Source: Octopus bimaculoides
Taxonomy: Eukaryota
Assembly: GCF_001194135.2 (NCBI RefSeq)
Contig: NC_068985.1
Location: forward strand, 85,389,432-85,453,431
Length of the DNA: 64,000 nt
Reading direction: 5' to 3'
Positions 13,321 to 26,042 of this stretch are shown piece by piece (the first letter of the stretch is position 1; every line of letters begins with the position of its first letter). The notes under the pieces are model-generated. The model searched no databases. It saw only the letters and a program-made list of their open reading frames with translations, and was not told where the DNA came from. The position numbers and the translations under genes were made by a program.

Positions 13321-15281
13321 TTAATAATAATAATAATAATGGTAAAATATAAATAAAAATCCCATAATTCACTTATTTCTTGTACTTACAAATATTATAT
13401 GAGAATTTGGAATACCTAAAGGCTATCATTATTAACTTTCTAGAAAATTTCTTATACTGGTCAAGCAGAGCAGACTTACAACCAAAGGCTGTGGATCCAT
13501 GATCAACTCATTTTCCTGTTTTTTATATATATATATTTTTAGACATAGTGCATTTAGGGACAAATTATTAAATATGTCCTTTTTTAAAGGGAGTAGAGAG
13601 TATGGTGCGATGTGGAAAAGATTTGGTAGCTATTTTTTGCCATAGTTGGAGACAGTATTTGGAGGTACTCTCCCCAAGGCAAATTGAAAGACTGTCTCAT
13701 ATGCATTTCAATTTGCTGTTTTGTTTCTATGGTTGGATGCCCAGCCTAATGCCAATCACTTTTTCAGGGTGTACTGGGTGGCTTCTTTTGCATAGCACTG
13801 CACAGTGTCGTGTCCTCACCAACAGTACAGTTTAGAAAGTACGTGTGATAATAAATTTGGAAGTAACATTCCATCACAAGATAATTATTTCACATCAGAG
13901 ATAATAAGAAAATGCAAAACGTATACATCAGGTGTGAAAATCTAAATTCCGGTTTCCCCACTTCTGGTACTTCTGGTAAAATGTGATAGAAATAAAGCAT
14001 TCATTTGCCAAGAATCTTTTACAGTTCACAGCTTTAATCCTTAAATCGATAGGACTCTATCCAACCAATCATTTTAATGTTTAAATAGATATATACTGCC
14101 TTAGATTCGCAGGGTTGTAGGAAATGTAGAGATGCAGTGTTCCTATCATTCCTATAAGGGAAATGACAACAGTTGAGAACAAAAACATAAGCAGACAAAG
14201 CTATTTCTTTCTCCATATCATAATAAATTACATTACCTTCCTGTTTCAATCAATTTATTAAATGGATATCATAAAGTTGCACCCTACCATTTTACCACAT
14301 TTTTTATGTTTAGCTTCTCCCGCCCTCGCTATTATTCTCTGCTATTAAAATGAATTCTTTCCATAAATTAGTTCACAAGTATAGATGAAAGAGCTTCAAA
14401 TATTCTTTGTGGAAAATAGCAGGTAATGAACAGTTTTAATAATTCTAAAGCCTTTCAGGTCCTATTTAGATTGTTAATATTTTAGATTCTTGTGAATAAA
14501 TTTAATATACTGCAGTGAGCAATTTAATCCTGAAAAAATGGTTAGTTCTGATGCTGGTTAATGAATAAAGAGATAAATAGTGTTTATAGAGTACTACAGC
14601 AACTGAATGCCAGTAAGAGAGGTGACTCTTGAAAGAACAAATTCAAAATGATGAACCAATAATTTAGAATGATGAATCTTGATATTATGAAGCATAAAGA
14701 TATCTAAATAACTCTGAAAATAAACTTAGAGAGTTTGAGATCAACTGAAAGAGCTATCTTCTATATTTCTATGTATAAAAATAAAAGAAAAAAGCTGTGT
14801 TATTGCATGTTGTCAGAACACATTGATGTAGAAAAGTTGAGGTGGAGAAGGAAGCAATACATGGAGAAGAGTAGAGTATTTGTAGGAAACGGGTGGAAGA
14901 TGCATGTTAATGTCAATAACTCTGAAGAATGTGCTATGTTTTAAAGTCACAAGAGGAGAGTCTATGTACATCCATTTTGGTTTTCATAATATTTGCATAG
15001 TTCATATTTGCATTTGATTTGCAAGATTCTTGATGTGAATTTGTGTGTTTAGAGAAATACTATTGAACCTTGAGAGGGGGGGCATTATGCTGGTAATAAT
15101 AAGCACACACACTGTTTCGGTCCTTTATTGTTATTGTTAGTTAATAGGTTAGTTACTCTGTTAACCAGTTTATCGATTAGCTGTTTTTTACTAGTTTTTC
15201 ACAATCATATGTTAAACAATTTGGTCAAACAGTTAATCGTTCAAATGTCCAGTATTGTTAGTGTTTTATTTATTTTTTTTT

Positions 15282-15325
15282 GTCAAATAATTATTTCATT
15301 GCATTGTTGCAATCTCTTCAGTGAC
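15282..15325 (-). ncRNA. Minimal type-I hammerhead ribozyme motif in PLE repeat (left arm)
   Basis: Exact 44-nt reverse complement of 16578-16621. Confidence 0.75.
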
Positions 15326-16577
15326 ATGTCTCTCTCTTCTTCCATTTCTTTTGAACTTCTGTTCCAGCATTGCGATTTGTCCGAGGTCTGTCCGAGATGA
15401 GTAAGTGAGTGTACATAAGTGTGTGGTGTGAGTGTGTGTTTTACATACTATGTCATTTTTCATATACATGAGATGGCGGTTTTGGTTTTCGCTTTATTTT
15501 CTTTGCAAACGCACACGTTCATCCATATAACGTTTCTCTCAAAGACAGTTAAACTGTCTTCTTTGTTTGATAAATGTTTACTATCAGGTCAATAATATGC
15601 AAAACATACTCCTTCAGAAAACCCACATGTGTAGAGGAGGACTGTGTAGTGTGCAAATATAACCCAGCAAAACCAGAAATGTGGTTTACCGAATGAACTG
15701 CATGGATGTTAATTGTAAAAGCCAGAAGACTGCATCCATAGGTGAAATGGCGAGAAGTTTGGCCAAGCATATAAATGAGCATTAGAGGGAATATGGAGAT
15801 CAAAGACAAGCCATGATACTCTACCAGCATGCCAAAACACAACATGGTGGTGTGCTCAACCGAATTAGCATAGAAATCCTGTCTAGACACCTGGACAACT
15901 CATCGCTATGACAGATACGAGAGTCAGTCTTGATCAACGAAACATGACCAGTTTTGAATAGTAAATACTCTCATTAGGCAGATGCCTTACAAAAACCCAT
16001 GGACTCACACACACACACACACATGCAATGACAAACAAGGACACAGACATGCCCTCAAGACCACATATACGCATACACACAGAAACATGCATACAGAAGT
16101 ACACTTGAACACACAAACACAGAGGAACTCACACACATATGAATGCAAACACATACATACAAACACACACACACACACACAGATATAAAACACACTGAAA
16201 CACAGATACACACTCACACACATGTACACACAAACACAGACACACAGGCCCTCCCATACACACAAGGACACACTCACGCATGCTCATGCTAATGCACAGA
16301 TAGATATCAATTTATTCAACATTTATCAAACAAAGAAGATGGTTTAACTGTCTTTGAGAGAAACATTATATGGATGAACGTGTGCGTTTGCAAAGAAAAC
16401 AAAGAGAAAACCAAAACTGCTTTCTTATGTATATGAAAAATGACATAGTATTTAAAACATACACTCACACACACAGATGCACACACTTATGCACACTCAC
16501 ATACTCATCTCGGACAGACCTCAGACAAATCGCAATGCTGGAACATAAGTTCAAAAGAAATGGAAGAAGAGAGACGC

Positions 16578-16621
16578 GTCACTGAAGAGATTGCAACAAT
16601 GCAATGAAATAATTATTTGAC
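16578..16621 (+). ncRNA. Minimal type-I hammerhead ribozyme motif in PLE repeat (right arm)
   Basis: GTCA-CTGAAGA-G-ATTGCA(acaa)TGCAAT-GAA-ATAATTAT-T-TGAC: stem I GUCA/UGAC, core CUGANGA, 6-bp stem II, GAAA, palindromic stem III, AUU cleavage triplet. Activity not tested. Confidence 0.75.
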
Positions 16622-18509
16622 AAAAAAAAATGACAACGCTAACAACACTGAACATTTGAACGATTAACTGTTTGACCAAATTGTTTAACATATGAGTTTG
16701 AAAAACTAGTAAAAAACAGCTAATTGATAAACTGGTTAAAGGAGTAACTAACCCATTAACTAACAATAAAGGACCGAAACAGCATGTGTGTTTATCATTT
16801 CAGACATAATCCCCCCCCCTCTCAGGGTTCAATAATATTTGCGTAGTTTACTGCAAGTTAAAAAGATGCAATGACTAAACTGAAAGCTCATGATGGGAAC
16901 AAGAATAATAAATCCAGCAGAGTTAGACTGTTACTTGTCTCTATAATATGGAAGTGTTTGGATTCCTTGATGAATGTGGAAACTCCTGAAAGTCTAGGAC
17001 TTGTCCCATCATCTTTAGTAAAAATTGAATTATTTCTTAACACATTTAGTGTTATATCTGGCATGATGACATCGACTTAGACTTATAAGAAACCTGTTCA
17101 CCAATGTAAAAAAAAAAAAGATTTATAGTAACTTGTAGATTTCTTTTGATGCACTTACTTTGCTGGATGTATTCTACAGCCACCCTGGGGCAGTTGTGTC
17201 ATTGAAAAATATCTTGCATAAATATGAATTCAAGTTTGCAATTCTTGAATGGATTTTTCAATGCTTGTTTTGCCATACTATCTGATTTCAGGTTATATGC
17301 TGGTGTTTTTTGCAAGCGAATTACAGAATTGCTTTTAAGTGACATATTCAGCACCATTTTTAGAGATTAAAGTATTTGTAACAGCAAATCTTGAGAATAT
17401 TTCAACTAAATTGTGCTTTACTCATTACTCCTGTTAGAACAATGAAAAGCTTCACTCCACAAGTAAAATTATCAACACCATAAACAAAGCATAAGTCATA
17501 TAGATAATCTATCACAATAAAATTGTATGAAAAATTAGCAAATAATAATTCCCTTCATCTTCAAATCAGATCTGGCAGAATTGATCAAGTTTTGCACTGA
17601 TAAATTAATATTAAATTGATAGTATTTGAAGAAATATGGAAGAACTGAACAGAATGTGTTGTTATTTTTGTTCAAATTGGAACATTTTTAATTTGATCAA
17701 GATCTATTTAATTTCCATGTGAAGTTTCAACGAAATTATAGACAGGCACTGAGAGTAACATTTGGTAAAGTGGCATAGCTCACTTATGAGACTTGAATTT
17801 GAAAGCCAGATCATTTATTAGTAGCTTTAACCACAATTATGACACTTGATACATAAATACTTTTGCAATTGCTGTTGTCTGTAATTGATTATTGATCAGC
17901 GAAGGTTTTACTGTTTCTTTCAAAAAACATTTTTGCTTGCAAAGAAATTTTCTTCATCAAGATTTGTTTTTAATTTAGCAAATGATGTTTCTGCTTATGA
18001 TATTCAGTTACCATATCCTAAATCTGGATGAGAGTGAATGAAATCCAACACCTTCATTTTTTTTTATGTCCAAAGAACTTAATCCTGATCTGAAAACCAG
18101 TCTGTTTCTTGCTCAGGGTTTTCTTTAAATTGATTCAATTTACAAAATGCTGGTTATTTGGGAATTTATTCATAAAATAAATCATCCATTGACTCATTGT
18201 CACATTTCATTCCAGTAATTTCAATCTCTCATCTATTATTAACTTTTCATTGGGTTTAACTAATTTCTCTCATTTCTTTTGTGCTTCTGAAATTATGTGG
18301 TTTCTATATTTTTCAGGAAAAGCTTGTCATAGTTTTCACAATGGCCTTAGTGCCACGTGTTGACAAGAATAGCTGAATTTCTCTGTTTTTTTTTTTTTTT
18401 ACACTATCTAATAACTTTTTAGCTTCTGAATGCACTAACTAAGCCATGGTTTCTGAGTTATTCCAAGTAAGTTTTTTCAATATTTTCATTGCCAATTTGT
18501 TGTTTTAAA

Positions 18510-18852
18510 GGTTCAAATGGCACACCTGTGTCCATCCTCTTCCTAGCCAATATTTTCAAAGCTTCTTTCAGCGCCCCAACCCAATTGGCTCCTGTGCCGG
18601 TGGCATGTAAAAAGCACCATCCAAACATGGCCGATGCCAGTGCTACATAACTGGCTTCCATGCCAGTGGCATGTAAAAGCACCCACTACACTCTCAGAGT
18701 GGTTGGTGTTAAGAAGGGCATCCAGCTGTAGAAACATTGCCGGATCAGATTGGAGTTTGGTGTGGCCTCTTGGCTTGCCAGTCCACAGTCAAACCGTCCA
18801 ACCCATGCCAGCATGGAAAGCGGACGTTAAACGACGACGACGATGATGATGG
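18510..18852 (+). mobile_element. Isolated RTE 3'-UTR copy (SINE-like)
   Basis: Closely matches 51890-52160 (aaagcacccactacactctc..aagggcatccagctgtagaaac..ccaacccatgccagcatggaaagcggacgttaaacga) with a GAC/GAT tail. Confidence 0.85.
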
Positions 18853-19547
18853 ATTGCTAGCTGTTGAAAGACAAAATAACAGATAGGCTTATCCCAACCT
18901 ATAACTTGCAATAACTACACTGAAAACAAATAGGATGACAGCCATAATATGTCCATTGAAGATATATCAAAATGTAGAAAGTGAACAACTAAAGTACAGC
19001 TGTGGAAATAGGCATTTGATTATCAACCCAACCCCTTCCTCATTCCCTCACCAATCAGTACTAAATAAGTGAGCTATTATGTGTTATTAATTAACAAAAA
19101 TAATTTTATATTGCATCTGGTGATCAATAGTATTGTTGGTTACAAGTTTCCCATAGGCCTATTACAGGTTCATTGCATCTTTGACAGTGTGTGTGTGATA
19201 AAGGGTTCGTGTGTGCAATTTGGATAGAACAAATACTATACAGGGTATTTATATATGAAGGTATTGGTTTGGTGAAAAAGTATTGATTATCCCATGTCTA
19301 TAGTAGATACTTGGTCAATGTGCTGCACAGAGGCTCACAGAGACTGGAATTACATGGTCGAGGAGGTAACTTCTTAGCCGTACAGCCATGCTTGTTTCCA
19401 TTGATTATTAACACTCTTGAGGAGAGGTTAGTCTACTGAATATAAAGATTAAAGATGACCTGCAACATGAATAAAACTGGTAGGAACTGATGACCCATGT
19501 TAGTATGGAAATTAACGATTCTGCTAAATTTATGTAAATTGGATATT

Positions 19548-19596
<49 letters not shown>

Positions 19597-20804
19597 ATAT
19601 GTGTGTGTGTATGTGTGTGTGTGTGTGAGTGTACACATTCAAAATTTGTATAATTCAAGAAGAAAACTCAGATTTATAACAAAGTGTAGGGAAAGATATA
19701 AAACAAAGTAATAAAATGCAAACTGCAAATTCAGTGCAACACCATTTTAATATCATTAAGATTACTTCTAGAATTTCTAAGCAGAAAAGCTACTGTGATG
19801 TCGTTTCAAGACAGATTGAGGATAAAAAGTGCAGTTGTCCACATTTGTTAGGGTTTGGATTATTTACTTTGGAAAAGTAAAGGCTTAGATAATCTATTAA
19901 ATACCTGTTGTCTGATGTGAGGTGATATTAGTTTTATAATCTCAGAAGAACTGAAATATGTTGAATTCTATTACAATTTGTTTCCAAATTTGCTAATTAC
20001 ATGGAAATTCCTAAAATTTGCTTTATTTTCCTTCAGTTACTTATAAATGTTGAAGATTTCTTCAGTTTGATTTGATTGTCAATTAACTGTAAGGTAAATT
20101 AGCACATTCCATAAGGTATCATTTAAGAGACTTTCTGTTGCTACACACATGGTAGTTGTGCAGCTGGATAAGATACCAGCTTCATGCTGACAGATTATTC
20201 ATATCTGCCACAGGTCGTTGCCTTATGTTTATTTATTGTGTTCACTTAATTATAATTAATTAAGCTGAAAAATAGGTACCAGTAATACTGTATTTGATTA
20301 CACTCAACTAGTGTCCAAAACAGGAAGAGATTTGTCTACAGTGGGGGGGGGGACAAAAGAACTTCCTTTATAATGTCTTAGACATGTGATCACTCAACCT
20401 GCTAGAAGCGACAGCAGAATGTGTAACAACTCATACAGTATTGTTTTGGGAGAGGGGGACATATTGGATTGTGTGGTATTAGATACACAATGCCTGAATA
20501 AAGGATATGGGGACTCACTGCTGGAATGTAATTGTGCTTTATCAGGGATCACCGGAAGCTATTCAACAAATCCTCAGATTCACGATAATATTTACTTTTA
20601 ATTCTTAAAGTAAAAGGCATACAAGGAGTTTCAGTATAATAATTTTTTTCATGTTTTCTCTCATTCTATATTAGAGAGTTTTGTGGTTTATTGTAGGAGA
20701 AGGTCTTTACTCATATGCTAACCTCTCATCTAGCACAAAGTTACCTTTCTCCAAAGTACACAGCCCTCAGCTAAGGGGTCTTGTCTAGTAAGTTATTTAG
20801 TGGC

Positions 20805-21010
20805 CTCACTGCCGCTGGTGCCTCATAAAAAAGCACTGAGTACATTCTGTAAAGTGGTTGGCATATTAGGAAGGGCTTTCAGCCACAGAAACAATGCTAA
20901 AGCAAACAGTAGAGCTTGGATCAGTCTTCTGACTTTCCTGCTCCAATCAAACTGTCCAACCCATGTTTGCTTGAAAAACAGACATTAAATGATGAAGATG
21001 ATGAGGATGA
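20805..21010 (+). mobile_element. Older RTE 3'-UTR copy
   Basis: Diverged match to the same terminus with a GAT tail. Further diverged copies lie near 5010-5165, 49950-50110, 53260-53400 and 62170-62310 (+), and 13700-13800, 38040-38300 and 38780-38960 (-). Confidence 0.6.
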
Positions 21011-23323
21011 TGACGTCATTGTCAAGAAACATAGCCTTTTTGGATATTAACCTACTTGAAATTGTCTGTAATAAGGGGTTTTAGATTTAAATTAAAACCT
21101 TTCATTATAATTTTATGTGAGAACCTTTTTATGTTCAAAATACAATTTTAATAAAGACAAAAGTTAATTATGTTACTGAATCTCTCAAAATTTTGGATTA
21201 TTTGCAAAATTAAGGAAAGCATTTTCATTAGAAAGAAGTATGGTAGCGAAAGAGTTGAGAAGAAAAATTAAAAAAACAAAAAAAAAAACGCCATACTGTA
21301 AGATATAATATTCAATGTTTTTCTTCCAATAAAATGCACTTTTAGATTCCCTCTTTGACCGCTTCTATTTGTGAAACTATATTAGTTTCTCATCATTTGG
21401 CTGTCATATGGAAGATTCAGTGATATTGCATTTCCCTTAATATTTGTACAGACTACCTTTGTTAGAAGCCTTCTTTTGTAATCACTCATGCACTCATTCC
21501 CTGACCAACCATTCAGACGAACTTTATGGGTTTTTTGTGTTTTCCTTATTTTTCACTGAATCTCATTATTCACTTGCTTGACATCATTTTTATAACAGTA
21601 TCTTATATCTTAAAGCAATAATACACTGTTCCAGAAAACTGCTACTACTAACTAGTTTCAATAGAAACTAGCATTCTTCAACAGCAATATGTTTCTCTGT
21701 CAAGTATATACTCTCTCTCTCTCTCTCTCTCCCCACATACACATTGTGCATTCATTATTAACAAGTGCGTCAAACAACTTCACTAATTACTAACCGGTTC
21801 ATATCATTATATAACTTACATTTCATTCTTTATTAGTTAATTTGTTATTAAGATGTTTTTGTCACCTCTACCCTGCCAAACCTTTTTGTCCTCATTAACA
21901 CCTCTTAGTTTTTTTGTTTTTTTTTTACTGCATACATTAATGAGACAATACTTTTTTTTTTTCCCAATCATGATTTCTTGAATATATCTTCAGACATTCA
22001 CTTTCAAGTTATTATCGGACACTTATTCTATTGATTGCATTGTTGTTTTCAATGCATTTATTCTGAATGAACATATCTTCTGTTGACAAAGATATATGTC
22101 TGTACAATTTCAGTTCAAATTGGAATTACGCTGTACAGCTATATGCTACAGCAAGAGATCTGGAGGCTTTCAACCATGTTCTCTAGCATCTGAATCGTAT
22201 TAGTAATGAAAATACATTACTTGCACAAATCTCTATCAACTTCACTGGTCTCATTGGTGTTGGATGGCCTGTGAAGGCTGTGAGTACAGATCCTTCTTCG
22301 GCCAGGTCAATAAAAAAAAAAAAGAAATCAAAATATTCATTAGTTGCTGTTGCTTTTAGCTTCAGGCCAACTCTAATTGAACAGACCTATGATAAAGAGC
22401 ATTCAAGAAGGCAGAGTGTGGGTTAAGAAAGATTTGGCTGCTATTTCTAGTAGGCAGACTGATCACGTAGAGACTCTTCATAGGCTTCAATGTATTGAGT
22501 CTAGACTGGGGATACATTTATGTTCAGTATCTAAATATAGTTCTTACTCATCCTGTTTATGTGTAAACAACTACAAATGATGAAGTTCACAGATTTTGAA
22601 CTCTTAAATGGTACCATGCTGTGCTTTTAACCAGGATAGCTATCAAGAGCCTGGTTCAGCCAAATTGTAGATTAAGACAGGCTGATAGAATTGCATCGTA
22701 TAAAACTGTTGAGTGCATTATTGATTTACATTTCTGAGACCAACTTCTTTTTATGGCACTGGATTACACTGGCCTTGCTTATACATCCAATATATCCTTA
22801 ATATTTTTTGAAGACACTAGGGTGTGATATGACAGGAATTGGCTTTTATTTTGGTGGGTGACCTGAATGCCTAGAGGCTTCCTTGATGGCTTGTAGGTTT
22901 AAAAGATGGAACGGTGACAATTTGTCTTCATCCAGAAATAGAAATTAATTTGGTGTGTAACAGAAATTATAATAAATTTATTGTAAAATCTTGTACTTAA
23001 CTACAGAGACAAAATCTTGTAATGGGGCTCTGGGAGAATCTTGGTAATACATTTTGGAAATAATGGCATGGGACAAAGAGATCCTGCTGGGGGAGGAAAG
23101 AGCACTTCCAAATATATTTTTTTTAATATTTTGGAAGAAGGGGCTGTTACAGAAATTTTAGACTGACCATTAATGCAAATTCTGAAGTAAAGAAACTCTG
23201 ATATGTAAAAAAAAAAAAAAAGTATGGATCACAGTTTACTATCAAGAACACTCTGAGTGAGCAAACCGAAAATCAAGACACTCTTGTCATGGCCACCCGA
23301 TGATGATGATAAGTACTGAAATT

Positions 23324-23515
23324 GGTGGCGAGCTGGCAGAAACGTTAGCATGCCAGGTGAAATGCCTAGCGATATTTCGTCTGTCCTAACATTCTGAGTT
23401 CAAATTCCACCAAGGTTGGCTTTGCCTTTCATCCTTCCAGGGTCGATAAATTAAGTACCAGTTGTGTACTGGTATCGATCTAATTGACTGGCCCCCTCCC
23501 CCCAAAATTTCGAGA
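23324..23515 (+). mobile_element. tRNA-derived SINE (third family)
   Basis: ggcgagctggcagaaacgttagc..ctgagttcaaattcc..gtcgataaattaagtaccag is repeated at 6625-6833 (+), 13113-13320 (-) and 59750-59948 (+). Confidence 0.8.
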
Positions 23516-25800
23516 AGAAAAGAATATAGTACTGAAATTTTCTGATATGTCCTCCCATTTTCCAAAAGTAGTAGGGTGTGATTTGAATGAGCTTTGGATG
23601 CTATTTCTTGTAGGCTGAGTTCAGAGGTTCCCTCATTAGGTTGAATGTGGATCAGTAAACGAATGCGATAAATAAGAAGTTTCAATATTTGCTTCTTGGC
23701 TCAGAAATCATGGTTCATTCAAAACAAAGAATAAATGATAAAACGGGAAAGTTTTTAATGTGTTTGTCAACTTCGAGAATAGTTAAGATTTGATTGGTAC
23801 ATTAAGGTAGGAAAACTACACAACCCCCCCCACCACCACCTCCACTACAATCATCACCACAACTAATAATCTGATAAACAAAAACAAACAAAAAATTACA
23901 AACTTTTCAAAACCAACAGCAACATAAATATAGACAACAATATAAAAAAACATACACAGACTTCATTTTGACAAGTGAAATTGCACCTACATTTTACGCA
24001 GGGGCGTATATTCCAGGTGTGCCAGGTATGCACCGGACACCCATTGAAAATGGCATGTTCATTATAAACATTAGCCTTACTCGTTAATTTAATCACAAAC
24101 CAGAATGAATAACTTTTGTTATAACCCTGCTTGAAATTTGGTGGTGGGTGTCCTTAAATAATACCTCACAGCGCTTTGTATCATAATATGGTACTGTGCA
24201 AAACATAGGATAATGGGAGAATTGCAAAAAATTAATGGTGAACGGTGTGTGAAAGCTTTGACAGCAGTGTTGCTTGTTTGTTTTTGTGGTGTTAAGTTGT
24301 TCACTTAAATTAATTTAAGATTCCTAAACTAAAACCAATTTTTTTACAATATTTTTTTCCTTACAACATCATCGTATAACTTTGATCTTAATTTGTCTGC
24401 AAAACTAATAATACACTTTTAGAAGCCAGAAACAAAACTCAGATCAAATTCTGGCAATGTCAGTGCACCAAACACTACAATTTTGGGACAGTATCAGCCG
24501 TTTTGTTGTTAGTCACTGAAAACACTTCAATGTGAAAGGTTGTGTGTTGATATTTCGCTCAGTGAATTTTGTGATTTTCTTAGTTGTGTGTTTAAGCATT
24601 TGATATAAAATTCAATTAGTGTTGATCTTAAATGCTTTTACAGTCACAGAAATGCGCACTTTTAATTTAATTTTCAGTGATTAGTAACAAAATTTAAGTT
24701 AATGTTAGTAGTATGGTCAGTGTTGAGCAACACCACCATACACCACTGACTTGACTGTCTTAAACAGAGGCGAATATATTGGACAGAGCCGCCAGTAGTA
24801 TAGTTGAGTGAATTGATGTGAGAATAAAAAAAGATGGAAGAGTCGTGGTTGGAAAGCCTTTAGTGTGAAGTCTGATTGATCAGAGATGACCTGAGGCTAA
24901 ATAGCAATCACAAACAAAAGGAAAATAATATCCATGAAGAAATTTGTTTGATCCATCAGAGAAAAATTCTTTTCTTGTCCTTCATTGAGATCAAGGAGAA
25001 AGTTTGAAAATAAAATCAATTTAAAAAGATCAATAATTAGTGTGACAGTCAGTGAAGATGTCCTACATTTGTTATTTGATAATTAGTTGTTTTGACCTAC
25101 TCTTTATACAAACATGGCAGAATTCTTTAAAATGAGGTCTGTATATGTCTTTGTTGTTGTTTTGTTTTCTATCACATTTACTTTTTCTTTACATTAAATG
25201 GGAAAAAAAAATTGAAACATTTGTTTTAACCTTAATACACAAGTAGAAGATTTAGGTGTGTGTTTCTGTGAGAGAAAGAATATGTGAGTATGGAAGAGAG
25301 AGAGGGAGAGAGGGAGAGAGAGATAGTATATGAGTGTATAACCTGAGACTGCATGATATGGAAAGGAAAACAAGAATATTTATGAGAGAAAAATGATGAA
25401 AGATGCCAGGATGAAATTAATAGTAACAATTACTGATGAAAATAGTAAATGAAAAACCATAGCCAAAAATTGAAAGAATATTTAAAGGGTGAATTTTTTT
25501 TCTAATTAATCTTGTGCTAAGAAACAAACAAATTATTACAGGAGCTATTAAAAAGAGTGTGTATTAAAGTGTTAATTTTCTTTCAAGTAGCAATAGTGTG
25601 AATCTCCTTTTGGAGAAAGAGCAGAAAAATTTGAGCCACGAAAGATGTAATAGAACTGTATTGCTAATAACTGTTAGGATACATCTACCTGGACACAAAT
25701 TAACAAAAATAGTGGCATGATGGCTGAAACAAAGATATTTGTAGAGACCTTAGGAAATTTGACACAATTTTCTCATTCTAATGGGTCATAAATGATACAG

Positions 25801-25805
<5 letters not shown>

Positions 25806-25856
<51 letters not shown>

Positions 25857-25984
25857 NNNNNNNNNNNNNNNNNNNNNNNNNNNNNNNNNNNNNNNNNNNN
25901 NNNNNNNNNNNNNNNNNNNNNNNNNNNNNNNNNNNNNNNNNNNNNNNNNNNNNNNNNNNNNNNNNNNNNNNNNNNNNNNNNNNN

Positions 25985-26040
<56 letters not shown>
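25806..26040. repeat. (AG)n microsatellite spanning an N-gap
   Basis: Directly visible. Many other (CA)n, (TA)n and (AG)n tracts occur throughout the window. Confidence 0.95.

Positions 26041-26042
<2 letters not shown>

Larger units (their letters stand above)
15055..16840 (+). mobile_element. Penelope-like element remnant: GIY-YIG endonuclease fragment flanked by inverted pLTR-like repeats
   Basis: 15610-15970 translates (1 frameshift, 3 stops) FRKPTCVEEDCVVC...RNVVYRMNCMDVNC...SIGEMARSLAKHINEH*...LYQHAKTQHGG...IEILSRH...*QIRESVLINET*PVLNSK, matching the PLE Cys linker plus GIY-YIG layout. Arms 15055-15578 and 16318-16840 are reverse complements of each other. Confidence 0.85.

Noticed and set aside
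19478-19525. CTGATGA-cccatgttagtatg-GAAA motif
   Set aside because: Stem II is short and the U16.1-H17 site and stem III are not satisfied; at best a heavily decayed hammerhead.
21961-21995. Minus-strand CTGAAGA..GAA-ATCATGAT hammerhead-like motif
   Set aside because: Palindromic stem III is present, but no stem II or stem I pairing can be formed.
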